64,000 nt of DNA from Takakia lepidozioides (Eukaryota; Plantae; Bryophyta), in the NCBI GenBank assembly GCA_030704615.1, contig CM060732.1, positions 65,658,001-65,722,000 on the forward strand. The letters are read 5' to 3'. Position numbers and translations under genes: made by a program. Positions 11,015-23,196 of the stretch are shown in pieces. The notes beneath the pieces were generated by a model. It made no database searches. It was not told where the DNA came from and saw only the letters and a list, made by a program, of their open reading frames with translations. How positions within the stretch are numbered: the first letter of the stretch is position 1; every line of letters begins with the position of its first letter.

Positions 11015-14000
11015 TCACTGGTCCCCTGGATCCATATTCAGAAGAGTGTGAACCTCCTGGGGGCTCAACCCTGGTGCATGTATGAAGTGATGAGTTGTGG
11101 AATTACAACGGAGTCTCTTTAGGTACACGTAGTACAAATGCTTGCAAGGGCAGTATGATGCCCCCTTGTTCGCCATGATCTGGAAGTCGGTGCAATTGCA
11201 GGTGGGTAATTCTGAAATGGTGATGGTGTACACCTCATTGCGAACAGCTGAGCCCGCCGTGGCCATCTGATACACACGCCCGAATCCTGGTGGGGGCACT
11301 TCTGTCGAGCTCTGGATTGTACAGTTCATCCGAAGTGCATTCCCCATCCTTGTCTCGTTCACTTTTGAGGGAGGTCGCCGCCTCTTCGGTTTCCCCCAAC
11401 GGTGTGTAGGATGCTTAGAGCTGTCGTGTCCCATTGTTCTTGCTCTCACAGGGGTCGGTGGTGGAGGCTGTGGAAGCGGAAATGGTTCTCTGGGGACGTC
11501 AGTGCGCTGCACCATCCGAAATCCTGCGGCGGTAAGGGCGTCGGCCTCAACCTGACTCAGATCGCAGCCTGGTTCCACCGGCCACACCGGGGGAGCCTCT
11601 GGCATTGTTTGTATGCCGTACTTGGGCTTTCCATACACGCAAGTCATAATGTCGTGCCTGCAGAACCAGAACTGGGTGGTTGTCGCCTCCGCAAACTTTG
11701 CATGGACAAATCTTCCTGTAAAAGTAGGAGCAGGGACAGCCCCATCTGGATTCCTCCTTATCATCTCTAAACAACGTTGCCGTGTATCCACACGAATTGC
11801 GGAACACCTTCCTCGAAACGACGGCTTTGTGCGAGCAATTCTCCACTGTGATGCAGACACAGTCGTCTCCACAATGGCTTGGCCATACTGCATAACAGCG
11901 GGCGGAATCTGGGGCAAGGGAGCGGTGGGAATTTTTTGCACGAAATCCCCGGTTGAAGGCGACGGCGATCTGGAATTTCTTGGGCTTCCACTGCTGGAAG
12001 ACACATTGTGCGGCAACATGACGGGACCTCGAGGTGCTGTCCGAATGTTCCTGTCGGATCTCCAGGAATCCTCTTCGCACCCGGGTTCCTCTTCAATCCT
12101 CCGCCTGACAGGGCGAGTCCGGACGTCCCCCTCTAGGTGTTCACCTCTGCGGTGCAGAGGCGTCCCTTTGATCTTCTCTCGCAATGCTGTCGCCCATTTC
12201 ACTGGATTCTTGGACCTCGAAGCTGTTCGTACCAACAATTCCTCCCTGTCCGGCCCAAAGCCCCATTGTTTGCCGCTCAGGAACTTGTAGTACGTGGCTT
12301 GCTGCATGATTGCTCTGTCGATGTCCTCCGTTGTGGCCGTCACTACGTCCACCAGATGTGCGGCAGAAGACGCTCGCCAGGAGGAGTGGACCGATTCTGC
12401 CATATTCGTGTTCGGCATGTCCGTGTCGGAATCCAAGCACCGCTCCTAGAAGGACACAAACAATGGTGAGGGACCAATCGAAATGTCCGTAACAGAAAGA
12501 CAAATGAACGAAATTGACAGCAGCCTACCTCCCGCATGTACTGTCCGAACTGTCGATACCGAAAATGCCACCACCCCAACCAGCTGTGCAATGCTCCCAG
12601 ATTGGTTGTCTCCACTGCACCTGACGTGTTCCACCAAGCCTCGATGATAGCAAACTTAACCTCCGCGTCATCAAATGTGGGTGCATCCTTCCACGCCGTA
12701 CAAAGGACACGGTGTTCAGCCTGGAATGAGCTAGCAACAAATTTGGTAGTGTAGTGGGATAGACTCTGCATCCAATGGAATCCACAGGATCTCTCTTTCC
12801 CCTCCATTGGAACATTGGGGTCCTCACCGTACACACGCCGCACCGCTGCCCAGTTGGCCTGAGCGTTGTCTGCCATGAATCCCCTGAAATTGGGCTCTGG
12901 CAATCCCGCCCTTGCCATCTGCTCGTTTATGCCCTCCCACAGATGCATCTCGGACTGTGTGTCCTCCCCTTTCATCTCGCAGATTGCAATCGTCATGAGC
13001 CTCTTGGAGTGATAGTCATAAACATGCGCACCCATAGTCACCCACTGATGGTTTGTAATTCGCTTGATGTGATCAAACATCACCCAAGCATTCGACAAGT
13101 TTCCAGTTGTCATGCGAGTGACCAAGTCGACTCCACTCCCAGGCCCACACGTCGACATTTTGAAAATGTAACAACGATCGGATTCGCTGCCTTGCCCTGG
13201 AAACCTGCTACCTTGGATGTAGTCATATCCAGTCATTCGTTTCACCTCCAGGATTGAGTACATGTCCGACCCCCTGCCGAACTCCTGCTTGCAAGATACG
13301 ATGTGATTCCGCACATTCGGACTACAAACGTGCGAGACGGACTCCAAGAGGTCACGCATCTCGTCTTCGGTCAAGGGCTCTCGGTCGGAACCATCTTCAG
13401 ACATGATTTTGCCAAGAGCAATCTTGTGGGCTGCCTTCAGCTGAATCTGCTTTGGTCTGGCTCCGGGGCTCAATTTCACCTCCTCTTTTATGATGTCGTG
13501 TGCTTCCTGCACAGCCTCACGCATGTTGCCTCTCGCCAAGGGGTGGCAGTGGACCCCAACGTGTATGCAAGCTCTAGTCAAGTCCGGGAGCAAATGGATT
13601 ACGTAATATTGCTTGGCTCTGCACATGGACATGCACGTCGGTGGTTCTTTGCAATGTGCACACTTGAAAGAACCCGCAGGAGCTTGGCTGGAGACAATGA
13701 ATGGATGATGCGTTGTGCCAGTCCAATCCGTCTCGTTTCTCCGCCCTCCTTTGGAGAGAAAGTGGAAGCAGGTGGGATTGAGGCACCTCAGCTTCCCCGC
13801 ACAGAGGACATATCGTACACGAACACCATCAGCAATTTTCGTGCTACTGGTCTTCGTCACACACCAGGGGTGTCCGTCATGCTTTCGATCCATGTCTGTT
13901 AACATCCCGGAGGCTTTCTTTGACGAAGAAACAGGTGGAAACTCGAAGATGACATTGCCATCGACTTCGGGAGGCAGAAAAGTTACCTTTCTGACTGGGA

Positions 14001-14622
14001 ATTTGGCATAGTCGAGAGCAGCCAGCTCGGAGCGAGAACCATCGAGGTGATGTTGTCGTAGGAGCTGCACAATGGACCGGGTTGGAGTTATGCTCGAGGG
14101 CACATGCGTAGCACCTACAGAGACGTCCATGCCGGATTTGAACGACCGTGTGGAGGACATGGGTACCTCAATGCAATCATCTTCCTCGTCGGAAATGTCG
14201 AATACGTCCACACGAGAAGCTATGGAGGGTCTTGACGGTCCAGGTCGGGAATGATTATCGTTGCATACCTCTCTGTTGGCAGTGGCCGCCTCTCGGTTTC
14301 CGGACTCCTTTGTGGATGGTGTGGGCAGCGACTGATTCGGAAAGGGAATGGGCATTCCCACAGCTCGGTACAGGATGGTGTCTGACGGGGGAACGTGCCA
14401 TTCGATTCCGCAACCTCCGTCGTTACCTAGCACGACAATGGTCTCGTCAACCTGTCCAGGAACATCCTTCCTTTCTTCTTCCAAATAAACTGTGCCCGGT
14501 TTGAGCTTGAATTTGGAACAAAGGTAAGTTTCAGTCACTCTGCAAAGTCCTCCCTCGTTTGGGATCCAGGCTCTCCCAAGTTGCGGAGGACAGCAAACTA
14601 TAGCGTAGGAATTCGGAGCCAT
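11015..14622 (-). CDS. MULE-type DDE transposase with N-terminal WRKY/GCM-like Zn domain and C-terminal SWIM finger (2 exons: 14622-12529, 12445-11015)
   Basis: Motifs WVMFDHIKR (D1), FMADNAQA (D2), CGFH (CxxH), TNMAESVH (E) and SWIM CNCTDF...CPCKH. The Cys/His region DGHPW...CAGKLRCLNPTC...CAHC...HVGVHCHP precedes the DDE core. A phase-0 GT-AG intron at 12528-12446 joins the two ORFs in frame. The ATG at 14622 is the likely start. Confidence 0.88.
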
Positions 14623-15051
14623 CGAACACCGCACGGAGTTGGCAAGTGCGAGGTTCAGTATAGCGACAGACCAAGGCTCACAGGCACCATCTAAGTGGAT
14701 CTGCGGAGTCCATCGACGATTGGAAGTCGCACATTGAAGTGGAAAGTATTGTTTCAAGCTACATGCATGAAGGTGGGAGGTTTGATTCCATAGCCAGTGA
14801 GTATGACAATGATGGCCGATTCGGCGACGAAATAACATCTCCTGACAGTTTCTCCTGAGGGTGGATCCAGCAGTATTCTCGGTGCAGACAGGAACGTTCG
14901 CACTGACAAGTGCCAGGACTGCTGGTTAAAACGGTCAGACAACCAAGTTGTGCTCATCAAGACTGGCCGCAATTGTGTTGTTTCGGAACAATGCAACCCA
15001 TTGAGGTTCCAGATTTCCCGTCCCGAGTGATTCTTTCGATTGCTGGTGGAC

Positions 15052-16808
15052 GGAAATACGGCGCCGCATTTCCGTATTGCATCTTGGTCATGCACCAGAG
15101 CGACGGAAATGCGGCACCGAGTTTCCGTCCGGGGGAAACCTTTATACTCTCCAGAACGGAAATGCGGTAACGCATTTCCATCCAGCAAGCACGGTATGTG
15201 AAGGTGGAACGGAAATGCGGTACCGCATTTCCGTTCTGATTGAGATTTATGAACAACGGGAACAGAAATGCGGCACCGCATTTCCGTCCGAGTCGCACTT
15301 TTCCGACATTTCAGAACGGAAATGCGGCGCCGCATTTCCATTTTGTATCTGATGCATGGAGCTGAGGGATAGAAATGCTGCAGCACATTTCCGTCCTTAA
15401 AAGACATTCATACTCTCCAGAACGGAAATGCGGTACCGCATTTTCATTCAACAAGCACGGTATGTGAAGGTGGAACGGAAATGCGGTACCGCATTTTCAT
15501 TCAACAAGCACGGTATGTGAAGGTGGAACGGAAATGCGGTACCGCATTTCCGTTCTGATTGAGATTATGAACAACGGGAACAGAAATGCGGCACCGCATT
15601 TCCGTCCGAGTCGCACTTTCCGACATTCCAGAACGGAAATGCGGCGCCGCATTTCCATTTTGTATCTGATGCATGGAGCCGAGTGCGATTCCGACAGCTT
15701 CATACAGCGCAATTCCGACCGCTTGAGACATTCATACTATCCAGAACGGAAATGCGGCACCGCATTTCCGTTCTGACTGAAAATCGTGAACCATCTGAAC
15801 TGAAATGCGGCACCGTATTTCCATCCGAGTCGCACCTACCAACATTCCAGAACGGAAATGCGGTACCGCATTTCCGTTCTGACTGAAAATCGTGAACCAT
15901 CGGAACTGAAATGCGGCAGCGCATTTCCATCCGAGTCGCACCTCCCAACATTCCAGAACGGAATGTATTAGATTCAAAAGGGAAATGCGGCACCGCATTT
16001 CCGTTCTGATGAAATATCCTGAAACATCGGAACTGAAATGCGGTACCGCATTTCCGTCGGAGTCGCACCTTCCGACATTCCAAAACGGAAATGCGGCGCC
16101 GCATTTCCGTTTTGTATGTGAGGCATGGAGCTGTGGAACGAAAATGCGGCACAACATTTCCGCCAGCGTCAGACGTTAATACTCTACAGAACGGAAATGC
16201 GGTACCGCATTTCCATTCTGACTGAAAATCGTGCGCAACGGGAACAGAAATGCGGCACCGCATTTCCGTTCGAGTCGCACCTTCCGACATTCTAGAACGG
16301 AAATGCGGCGCCGCATTTCCGTTTTGTATATTGGGCCTGGAGCTGTGCTACGGAAATGTGTTGCCGCATTTCCATCCATGTGAGACCTTCAAACTTTCCA
16401 GACCGGAAATGCGGCACCGCATTTCTGTCCAGGTGAGACCTCTATACTTTCCCGAACGGAAATGTGGCACGGCATTTCCATTCATCAACTAACGTATGTG
16501 AAGTGGGAACGGAAATGCGGTACCGCATTTCCGTTCACATTGAAAATCATGAACCACGGGAACTGAAATGTTGTGCCTCATTCCCGTCCCAATCGCACCT
16601 TTCGACATTCCAGAACGGAAATGCGGCGCCGCATTTCCCTTTTGAATCTCATACATGGAGCTGTGGGACGGAAATGCGGCACCGTATTTCCGTTCAACAA
16701 CTAAGGTATGTGAAGGTGGAACGGAAATGCGGTGCCGCATTTTCTTCCAACAAGTACGGATGTGTAGCTTCGTGATGGTACTTAACGGAAATGCGGCGCC
16801 GCATTCGC
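15052..16808. repeat. Array of ~32 22-bp palindromes GGAAATGCGG(YR)CCGCATTTCC at ~53-bp period
   Basis: Copies start at 15052, 15105, 15158, 15211, 15264... and 15981, 16034, 16087, 16140, 16193, 16246, 16299... to 16723. The ~31-bp spacers fall into ~5 recurring types. Confidence 0.95.
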
Positions 16809-17645
16809 ATTTTCGCTCCAACTCATCAGACGCTGGGACGGAAATGCCTTGAAATGTGAACACGTGGAGCAACGGAATTGCTGCACATGTCGGCACTCTA
16901 TCTGACTGAAGGGGCATGAGGCGGCGCGGCCTGACCGTTGGATAATGATGTTTGTTTTTCGGACGGCAGGCGTACCCTGAACGATTCGAATTTCGTAATG
17001 ACGCAAACTCCACGAGGAGACACTTTCGTCCAACCCTTTCGAACCCAAGTGGTGCATCACCGCCGTTTCATCTACTTTTGTCGTGTCTCCTCAGTCACCC
17101 CTCTCGCGCCCTTTCCATCTGCACTCTTTGCCCCTTTTCCCTCTCTCTGTTCTTCTTATGCTCGAACCTGAGAGGGGGGAGTTCGTGCACCAGACAGGAG
17201 ACCTCGTCGCAAGCTCCGGAAATTATACTTCGGACGTAGGCCAATGCCGAAGGGGAGGAAGCAGATGCGTCTACAGGAGGAGATTGCCATCTCCGAGCAG
17301 CAGGCCACTCAGGCAACCCAGCCACCAGTGAGAGCTCCATGCGATCGGGCTGCGCGCAGCTGATCGAGCACCGAACCCCCCATTTTGCTTCTGTAATTCT
17401 TAGACTGAATGCTAGGAGACTTGAATGCAGAACATGTTTGCATGCCTAACAGGAAAGGTGGACGTGCTGGAGGGATCGCAGGAATCCGAAGAGCCGCAGG
17501 AAGAGTCCGAGGAGCTAGCTGCAGCACGTACACCCACCCGATCCCCGAGCGCGGGTATTCCTGCCGGGCCTAGCCCTCTGCGATTCAAAGACGCGTCTTC
17601 GAAGGGCAAGTTCAAAGTCCCAGAGATCGACTCGCGTTCTTCGTC

Positions 17646-20600
17646 ATGGAGAATCGCCAGCAGGGGTCGGGCCCTTCTCCAGCAAAGTCGAAGAAGAAGC
17701 AGCCCGTCCCTCTACTGGCTTCTGAACCGGCTCAGGCCGATTCACCCCCCCCAACGCGAATGAAGCAGCAGGGTAGAAGACAGATTCAATTGCAGCAGAC
17801 ACCTTCACCTGCAAGGATGAGGAAGCAGAAGGCAATCAGGGCGACGGGCGAACAATCTCCCGCAAAACCGCTTCCACGAGCTGAAGCTCAGTTCCTGGAG
17901 GATTTCCCGCCTGCAGATGTTGGGGCCGACTCTGCTGCAGCGAAGGCAATGGGATCGACCGTTGATCTCGATTTGGTACCGGAGGAGGGTGCTGCCGCTG
18001 AACGTTCGCAGGCAGACCTCACCACCGATGAGCAAGCAGGCCCGGAGGAGGCCTCTGCAATGGCAGAATTGCCCGCAGACAGGCCCCAGAGTGCAGCTCC
18101 AGTTGAGGATGCTCCAGCTGCTCAGCCACTACCGGCACCTACAGACATGTCTCCGGAGGATTTCAAAAGTGCAGCGGATAAAATGTTGGAGGAGACACAC
18201 AGTAGCATTGGCAGAGTTCTGGGCAGCAGGGTATTCCAGCGGACTCTTCGAATCCCACTCTGTCGCATGGTCTCCCTTCCCATCGTCAGGCAGGCCCTTC
18301 CCGGAGATGTGGATAAGCTCAAGTTCGCATTTCGAGAAGGGTACCGTCTGGGATCGGCAGCGTTTTACGTTTCCATTGAGAATGAGGACGGCGAAACTCG
18401 TGGACCCACTGCCGATGAATTGTCAACGTGGGATACCCACTGGCACACTCGCAACCACGAATTCGAGGCGACGCTGAAGGGTGATCCAGACTTCGGCCAT
18501 ATGTCGGGTAAAATGTTCTTTGTGTGGGACGGGAATCACCGACTTCTCGCCTGGTGGGAGTACATCAAGCAGAACCATGCCAAGCACATGGTGGAGTGTG
18601 TCATCCTCAAGGTGAAGGCGGCAGACTCCTCCCTGCTCAAGAATGCCATGGCGGACCTCAACTCGTAAGATACTCATACCCTCCCTAGCACGTTCGAAAT
18701 GCGGTGCCGCATTTCGGTTTCCATTCTGGTTTGTTTCCGTGCTTCCGTGTACTGAACTGGAGAGTGTGCCTTGCAGGGTCACTGAGAATGCGTACGTGCA
18801 TACCCACATGGCACACATGCTGTACAGGGTGAGGAAAACTGGTCTCACTGATCCGCAGATGTTTGCGGAAATGCTGGAGCCCGAGCTCATTCAGAAAGCC
18901 GTTGCAAAAACAGACCGGACATGGTATCGTCTCACTATGGATGGAATGGTGGAGGTGATATACGAAGTAAGTCGTGCTCCAATTTCCCTCTGCTCATCCT
19001 TCCCCAATTTTCAGTAATGTTTCCACATGAATCGAATGTAACGCTTCTGCATGTTTTTGTTGGCAGTCAAACATCAAGCTGGATTTGGCCCATGCCAAAC
19101 GCTTCTTCATGGAAAGTGAGGGGCAGGTCAAAACGTTGCAGTCATTGACTGAGCACTTGAAGGAAGCCGGTGTCAAGTCCAGAACCAAATACAAGTCAAA
19201 GCTTGTGAAGCTGGTGGCAATTGCAGATCCGGCACTTGGAAAGGACTTCATCCCCGAGATTGCAAAACACTATTCTCGGGCCATGCAGCCGACCATGCAA
19301 TTGGAGAAACTGCATCACCTCTCAACGGCATGTGTGGAGGCGAAAGAGAAGGTGAGGTTTCAATGCACTGAAGTTCCTTCCTAGCAATAGCCACTCTCTT
19401 CCAGCTCCTGACATTGGATCGGAAATGGCAGACACGGTGGCTGTCGATCTGGAATGCATCCGAGAGCATAAGGACAATGTGGTTTTTTCCACTGGAAGTT
19501 TCCGACCCTGCAGTGGATGTGTGGCTCAACCGTATGACTTGGTGGTTCCAGGTAATTCAAGGTACTTCCCCAGATTTGCTTTTCTGACATGAATTCCCTG
19601 AACTGCTACGTGACAATGCATTTGGGAATCGCAGGTAATGTCGAATGCGAAGGAGCAAGTCGTAATGCACACAAATTCGTTCGGCTTGTACGTCAAATGG
19701 GATGGAACACAGACATTGGAAGACTACGTGACACGTTTCAGATGTGCGTACAAGGACAACCTTTTCGCCAGAGAGCTACAGACAGCAAGAAGGAGCGTGG
19801 AGTTTACACATCAGGAGGGAGCGGGGAAAGCTGCAATGCGAATTGTTTACAGGTGAAGCACAGCTGCCCTTGTATGCGAAGCCTGGTTACGAGGTTTGTC
19901 TCGGAAATGCGGAAATGCGGCACCGCATTCGCATTTTATGTTTTCGGTGGCACTCTGCCAGTAGGTTGGTCTCAACTTTTGCTCACGCATGCTGACTGCC
20001 TTGCAGGTATATGAAATACGTGCTCCTTCAGACAGGGGCCCTGGCTCAAGAGCCCCCGTTCTTCATGGCTTGGACCGTGGCGGGCCCAAGCTGTGTCTAC
20101 ACACCCGAGATGCAGAAACAATGGCATCCCGCGCATCTCGTTGGATGCCCGTGGTACCTGGACATGTCTGGCGGTATTGTTGACGAGTCTGAGAAAGATC
20201 TGCACGCCTTGGCAGAAGAGAAGAGAAAGGAAAGACGTGTCCCTGCTGGGCCAAAGTCGGCAAAGGAATCTGCTGCTCTGGAAGAATCCAGAAAGGCAGC
20301 TGAGATGGCACAAAAGACGGTGGATGCAGCTGTGCAGGCCCAACAGAAGGGGTCGAAGAAGAGGACTCGCCAGCAAGGAGCAGCTGTTGTGACACCCGCC
20401 AAAACGAAGAAGCAGAAACAGCCTGTTCAGGAAGAGGGTGAGGAAGAGGACTCCGATGGAGACTTTGCAACCAGCCCACCCCCCCAAACGCAGGCTGCCT
20501 CCCCTGTGCCCACCGTTGTCACGAGAGGCACGAGAACTGGCTCGGCAAAGAAGGCACTCTTCAACCCCCCAGGGGGGCACCCTTTCGAGCCGGTGGAAAT

Positions 20601-22360
20601 GAAGAGGCCGAAAGTGGCTCCCGAAACAGTAGTCCAGTGTGTAAATGAGAGTTTCTTGGCGGCTTTGGATGGACGGGCAGCCAAGTTGGCATACATGAAG
20701 ACCATGGAGGGTCTGAAGGGCAGAGCACTGAAGAAGGCGACTGCCGAAGAGCCTTCCGACACCCCAGGATTTCAGAATATGGTCTCGTTCTTTGAGAGGG
20801 TGTGTGCAGACAAGGATTGTAGGAGGGGCGGAAATGCCACCGAGTGGTCTTGCGATATGATCATCTTGGATATTCCGGACGGAGAGCCTGTGGAAGGACT
20901 GCAAGCTTTGCCATCTTGGAACAGGTACTCGGAGGACTTTTGGAAGAAAGGATTCGGGCTTGCCCGCATGGTGTTGGACGACAGAGGCTGTGTGGTTGTC
21001 CTGGCGAGCAGAGGAAAAAACACTCAGACAGGAATTGCGAAGTGGACCCGCAAGAGCGCCGTCCCGATTCTGAAAAAGAAGTGGACGTGCATCAACACAC
21101 TGGGCCTTCGGTCGGAAGGGAAGAAGGTGATTACGACACTGGCACTCGTCCATTCATTTGCTTGGGTGTTTTCAAATGCGGTGCCGCATTCGGTTTCTAA
21201 TCGTTTTCCCCCTGTGTATGCAGACGAAGCAGTTCGATGCATACTGCTTTGTGAAGGAGAACTCCACCTTTGCTTTCCGGAAGGAGGGAGGAAAGGTTGA
21301 CCCGAACTGCGACCCACTCGATTACGACGTTCTGTTCAACAACGTTCCCAAGGAACTTCTCCCTCATAGCCTCACTTCAACGGAACCCCTGCGGTACTCA
21401 CGGACTCGGAGCCCTGCCTTCATTCAGACAATTATGGAGACATGCACAGACGTGGAGGGCACAGTGCTCGACCTCATCTGTGGGACAGGTATGCAGAATC
21501 TTGATCTATGCTGTTCTGCAAATTCTCGTTAGGATGTAGTTCGCAACATCTGAAGCGCCATGTGGTAATGTGTGGATGGCATTGTAACAGGTGCCTCAAT
21601 GTGGGCTGGGCGGTTTTCCGACCGGCACCTCTTTGCCTACGAGGAGGATTCATCCGTGTGGGGATCCCATCTGGAGGGGCTGCAACGGAATGTGAAGGCT
21701 CCCGACAGAGCGGAAGTCTCCTCGGATTCGTCGGAGTCCGAGGAAGACACAGTGGACATTGATGCGGAGGAGAACCCGGAATACGAGTGAGTGCAAACAT
21801 TGTAAGTTTGCAAAGCCTTCTGGGTCATTTATGTCAAACGAATTTCCCGACTGTGGTTCTCATTAGTCTCGTTGATGATTGTCATGTGCAGGATTGCAGG
21901 GTCCGGGTCGAAACATGTAGGGCCTACACTTCCTGCCAGGAAGAATGTCCCGTTCTTTGCGAGGGCCGACTTCATGACGAGCCCGGTGAGGGACTACTCC
22001 CTTCCTAGTTATGCAGCTAAACTCGCAAATACAGCGATTAGAAGAAGTGAGAATCCCAGTAAAGTAGAGCAGATTTTGGAGAGGGCTAGGGAGGACAGAA
22101 GGATAAGGAAAGAGTTGGCAGCAGCTCAGACAGGTAGACGGGTACGAAAGTACATATGTGATTCAGCGGATGAGAGCGACGCAGACAGGGAGGAAGACGA
22201 CCCAACGGAGGTGAGATGGACAGTTCCGCAAGGGGAAGATGGGATTTTCGAAAGCCTGGCCAACGAGCAGTCCGCTGGAGATGAGAAAGGCACTGAGGGG
22301 GTGGAGGCGGAGCAGGACAGTCTAGAACAGGATGAGGATTCGGATGATTTTCAAGATTAA
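17646..22360 (+). CDS. Multi-exon ~1300-aa protein: ParB/Sulfiredoxin-like N-terminal domain + beta-class N4-cytosine/N6-adenine DNA methyltransferase-like domain
   Basis: Exons 17646-18664, 18777-18966, 19067-19351, 19405-19551, 19635-19852, 20007-21126, 21224-21488, 21591-21786 and 21892-22360. All introns are GT-AG, phases are consistent, and the total is 3909 nt in an open frame. ParB-like region: RIPLCRMVSLPIVR...VDKLKFAFREGY...FFVWDGNHRLLAW. MTase-like region: CDMIILDIPD (motif IV position)...RSPAFIQTIMETCTDVEGTVLDLICGTGASMWAGRFSDRHLFAYEED (motifs X-I-II). The true 5' end is uncertain (possible upstream ATG at 17244). Confidence 0.78.
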
Positions 22361-22496
22361 TAGAATTTTAATGAAGTCTCTGTAAATGTAAATTCTCTTC
22401 CAGAGTATATAAAGGAAATTCTGCCAGACATTCGTGACCCCTCTCCAGTGTGCATTCCAGCCACACAATCGCTCAAACCACGACGCTCCCAAAATC

Positions 22497-23196
22497 AGAA
22501 ATGGCACCGCATTTCCAAAATTTTGGCAACTCTAAGAACCTCTTTTGGAAATGCGGCACCGCATTTCCAAAACAGGGGAGGGACTAAATTTTCCATTTCA
22601 ATGTTGGCATAGTAAAAAGTAATCTGAATTGGAAATGCGGTGCCGCATTTCCAAAATTTCCTTTGTCCACACGCCAGTTTTGGCCTCTCCCGCTCATTGC
22701 ATGGATGCCACCACGCTTACAGAGGTCGAACAAGGAGGTCGAACAAGGAGGTCGAGATGGCGGAATTGAAAATGCGGTGCCGCATTTCAGTATTGGGGAT
22801 GGTCGTTGTTCGAACTGCAGGCCCATCAGCAAAAATTGGCACCGCATTCCATTGTTAAAAAAAAGTCGATGACGGACATGGAAATGCGGCGCCGCATTTC
22901 CAGAACGGACATCGCAATTTGTCCATTTGCAGACCCTCTCTCGGAAATGCGGTAACGCATTCCATCGCGCTGGTCGGAAATGTCACACTTTTCGAAGTGT
23001 TGTACGGAAATGCGGCACCGCATTCCCTTGTCCAAAAAGAAGTTTCCATTGCCAAGCTGGAAATGCGTCGCCGCATTTGCAATGCCAACCTCGTTTTCTG
23101 ACCAATTTATAGACCCGTGTTGGTATTTCGTGTACCTGGACGGAAATGATGCACCGCATTTTCTTGTCCCACATGGAAATGCGGCGCCGCATTTCG
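22497..23196. repeat. Second cluster (~11 copies, irregular spacing) of the GGAAATGCGGYRCCGCATTTCC palindrome
   Basis: Copies at approx. 22498, 22547, 22631, 22768, 22833, 22880, 22943, 23006, 23059, 23142 and 23175. Confidence 0.9.

Noticed and set aside
15052-16808. CRISPR array (palindromic repeat + ~31-bp spacers)
   Set aside because: Spacers recur as a few sequence families rather than being unique. The repeat also occurs singly in introns, there are no cas genes, and the context is a eukaryotic transposon.
14754-17013. Many overlapping ORFs with RKCGTAFP/EMRCRISV/GNAVPHF peptides
   Set aside because: They are translations of the palindromic repeat on both strands, not proteins. The same applies to 22584-23242.
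19972-21153. 393-aa antisense ORF (and similar antisense ORFs over the transposase and pol genes)
   Set aside because: Shadow frames of GC-rich coding exons on the opposite strand, with no motifs of their own.
17646-22360. Bacterial contamination as the source of the ParB/MTase gene
   Set aside because: The gene has eight spliceosomal GT-AG introns and lies inside a TSD-flanked eukaryotic transposon contiguous with plant-type sequence.
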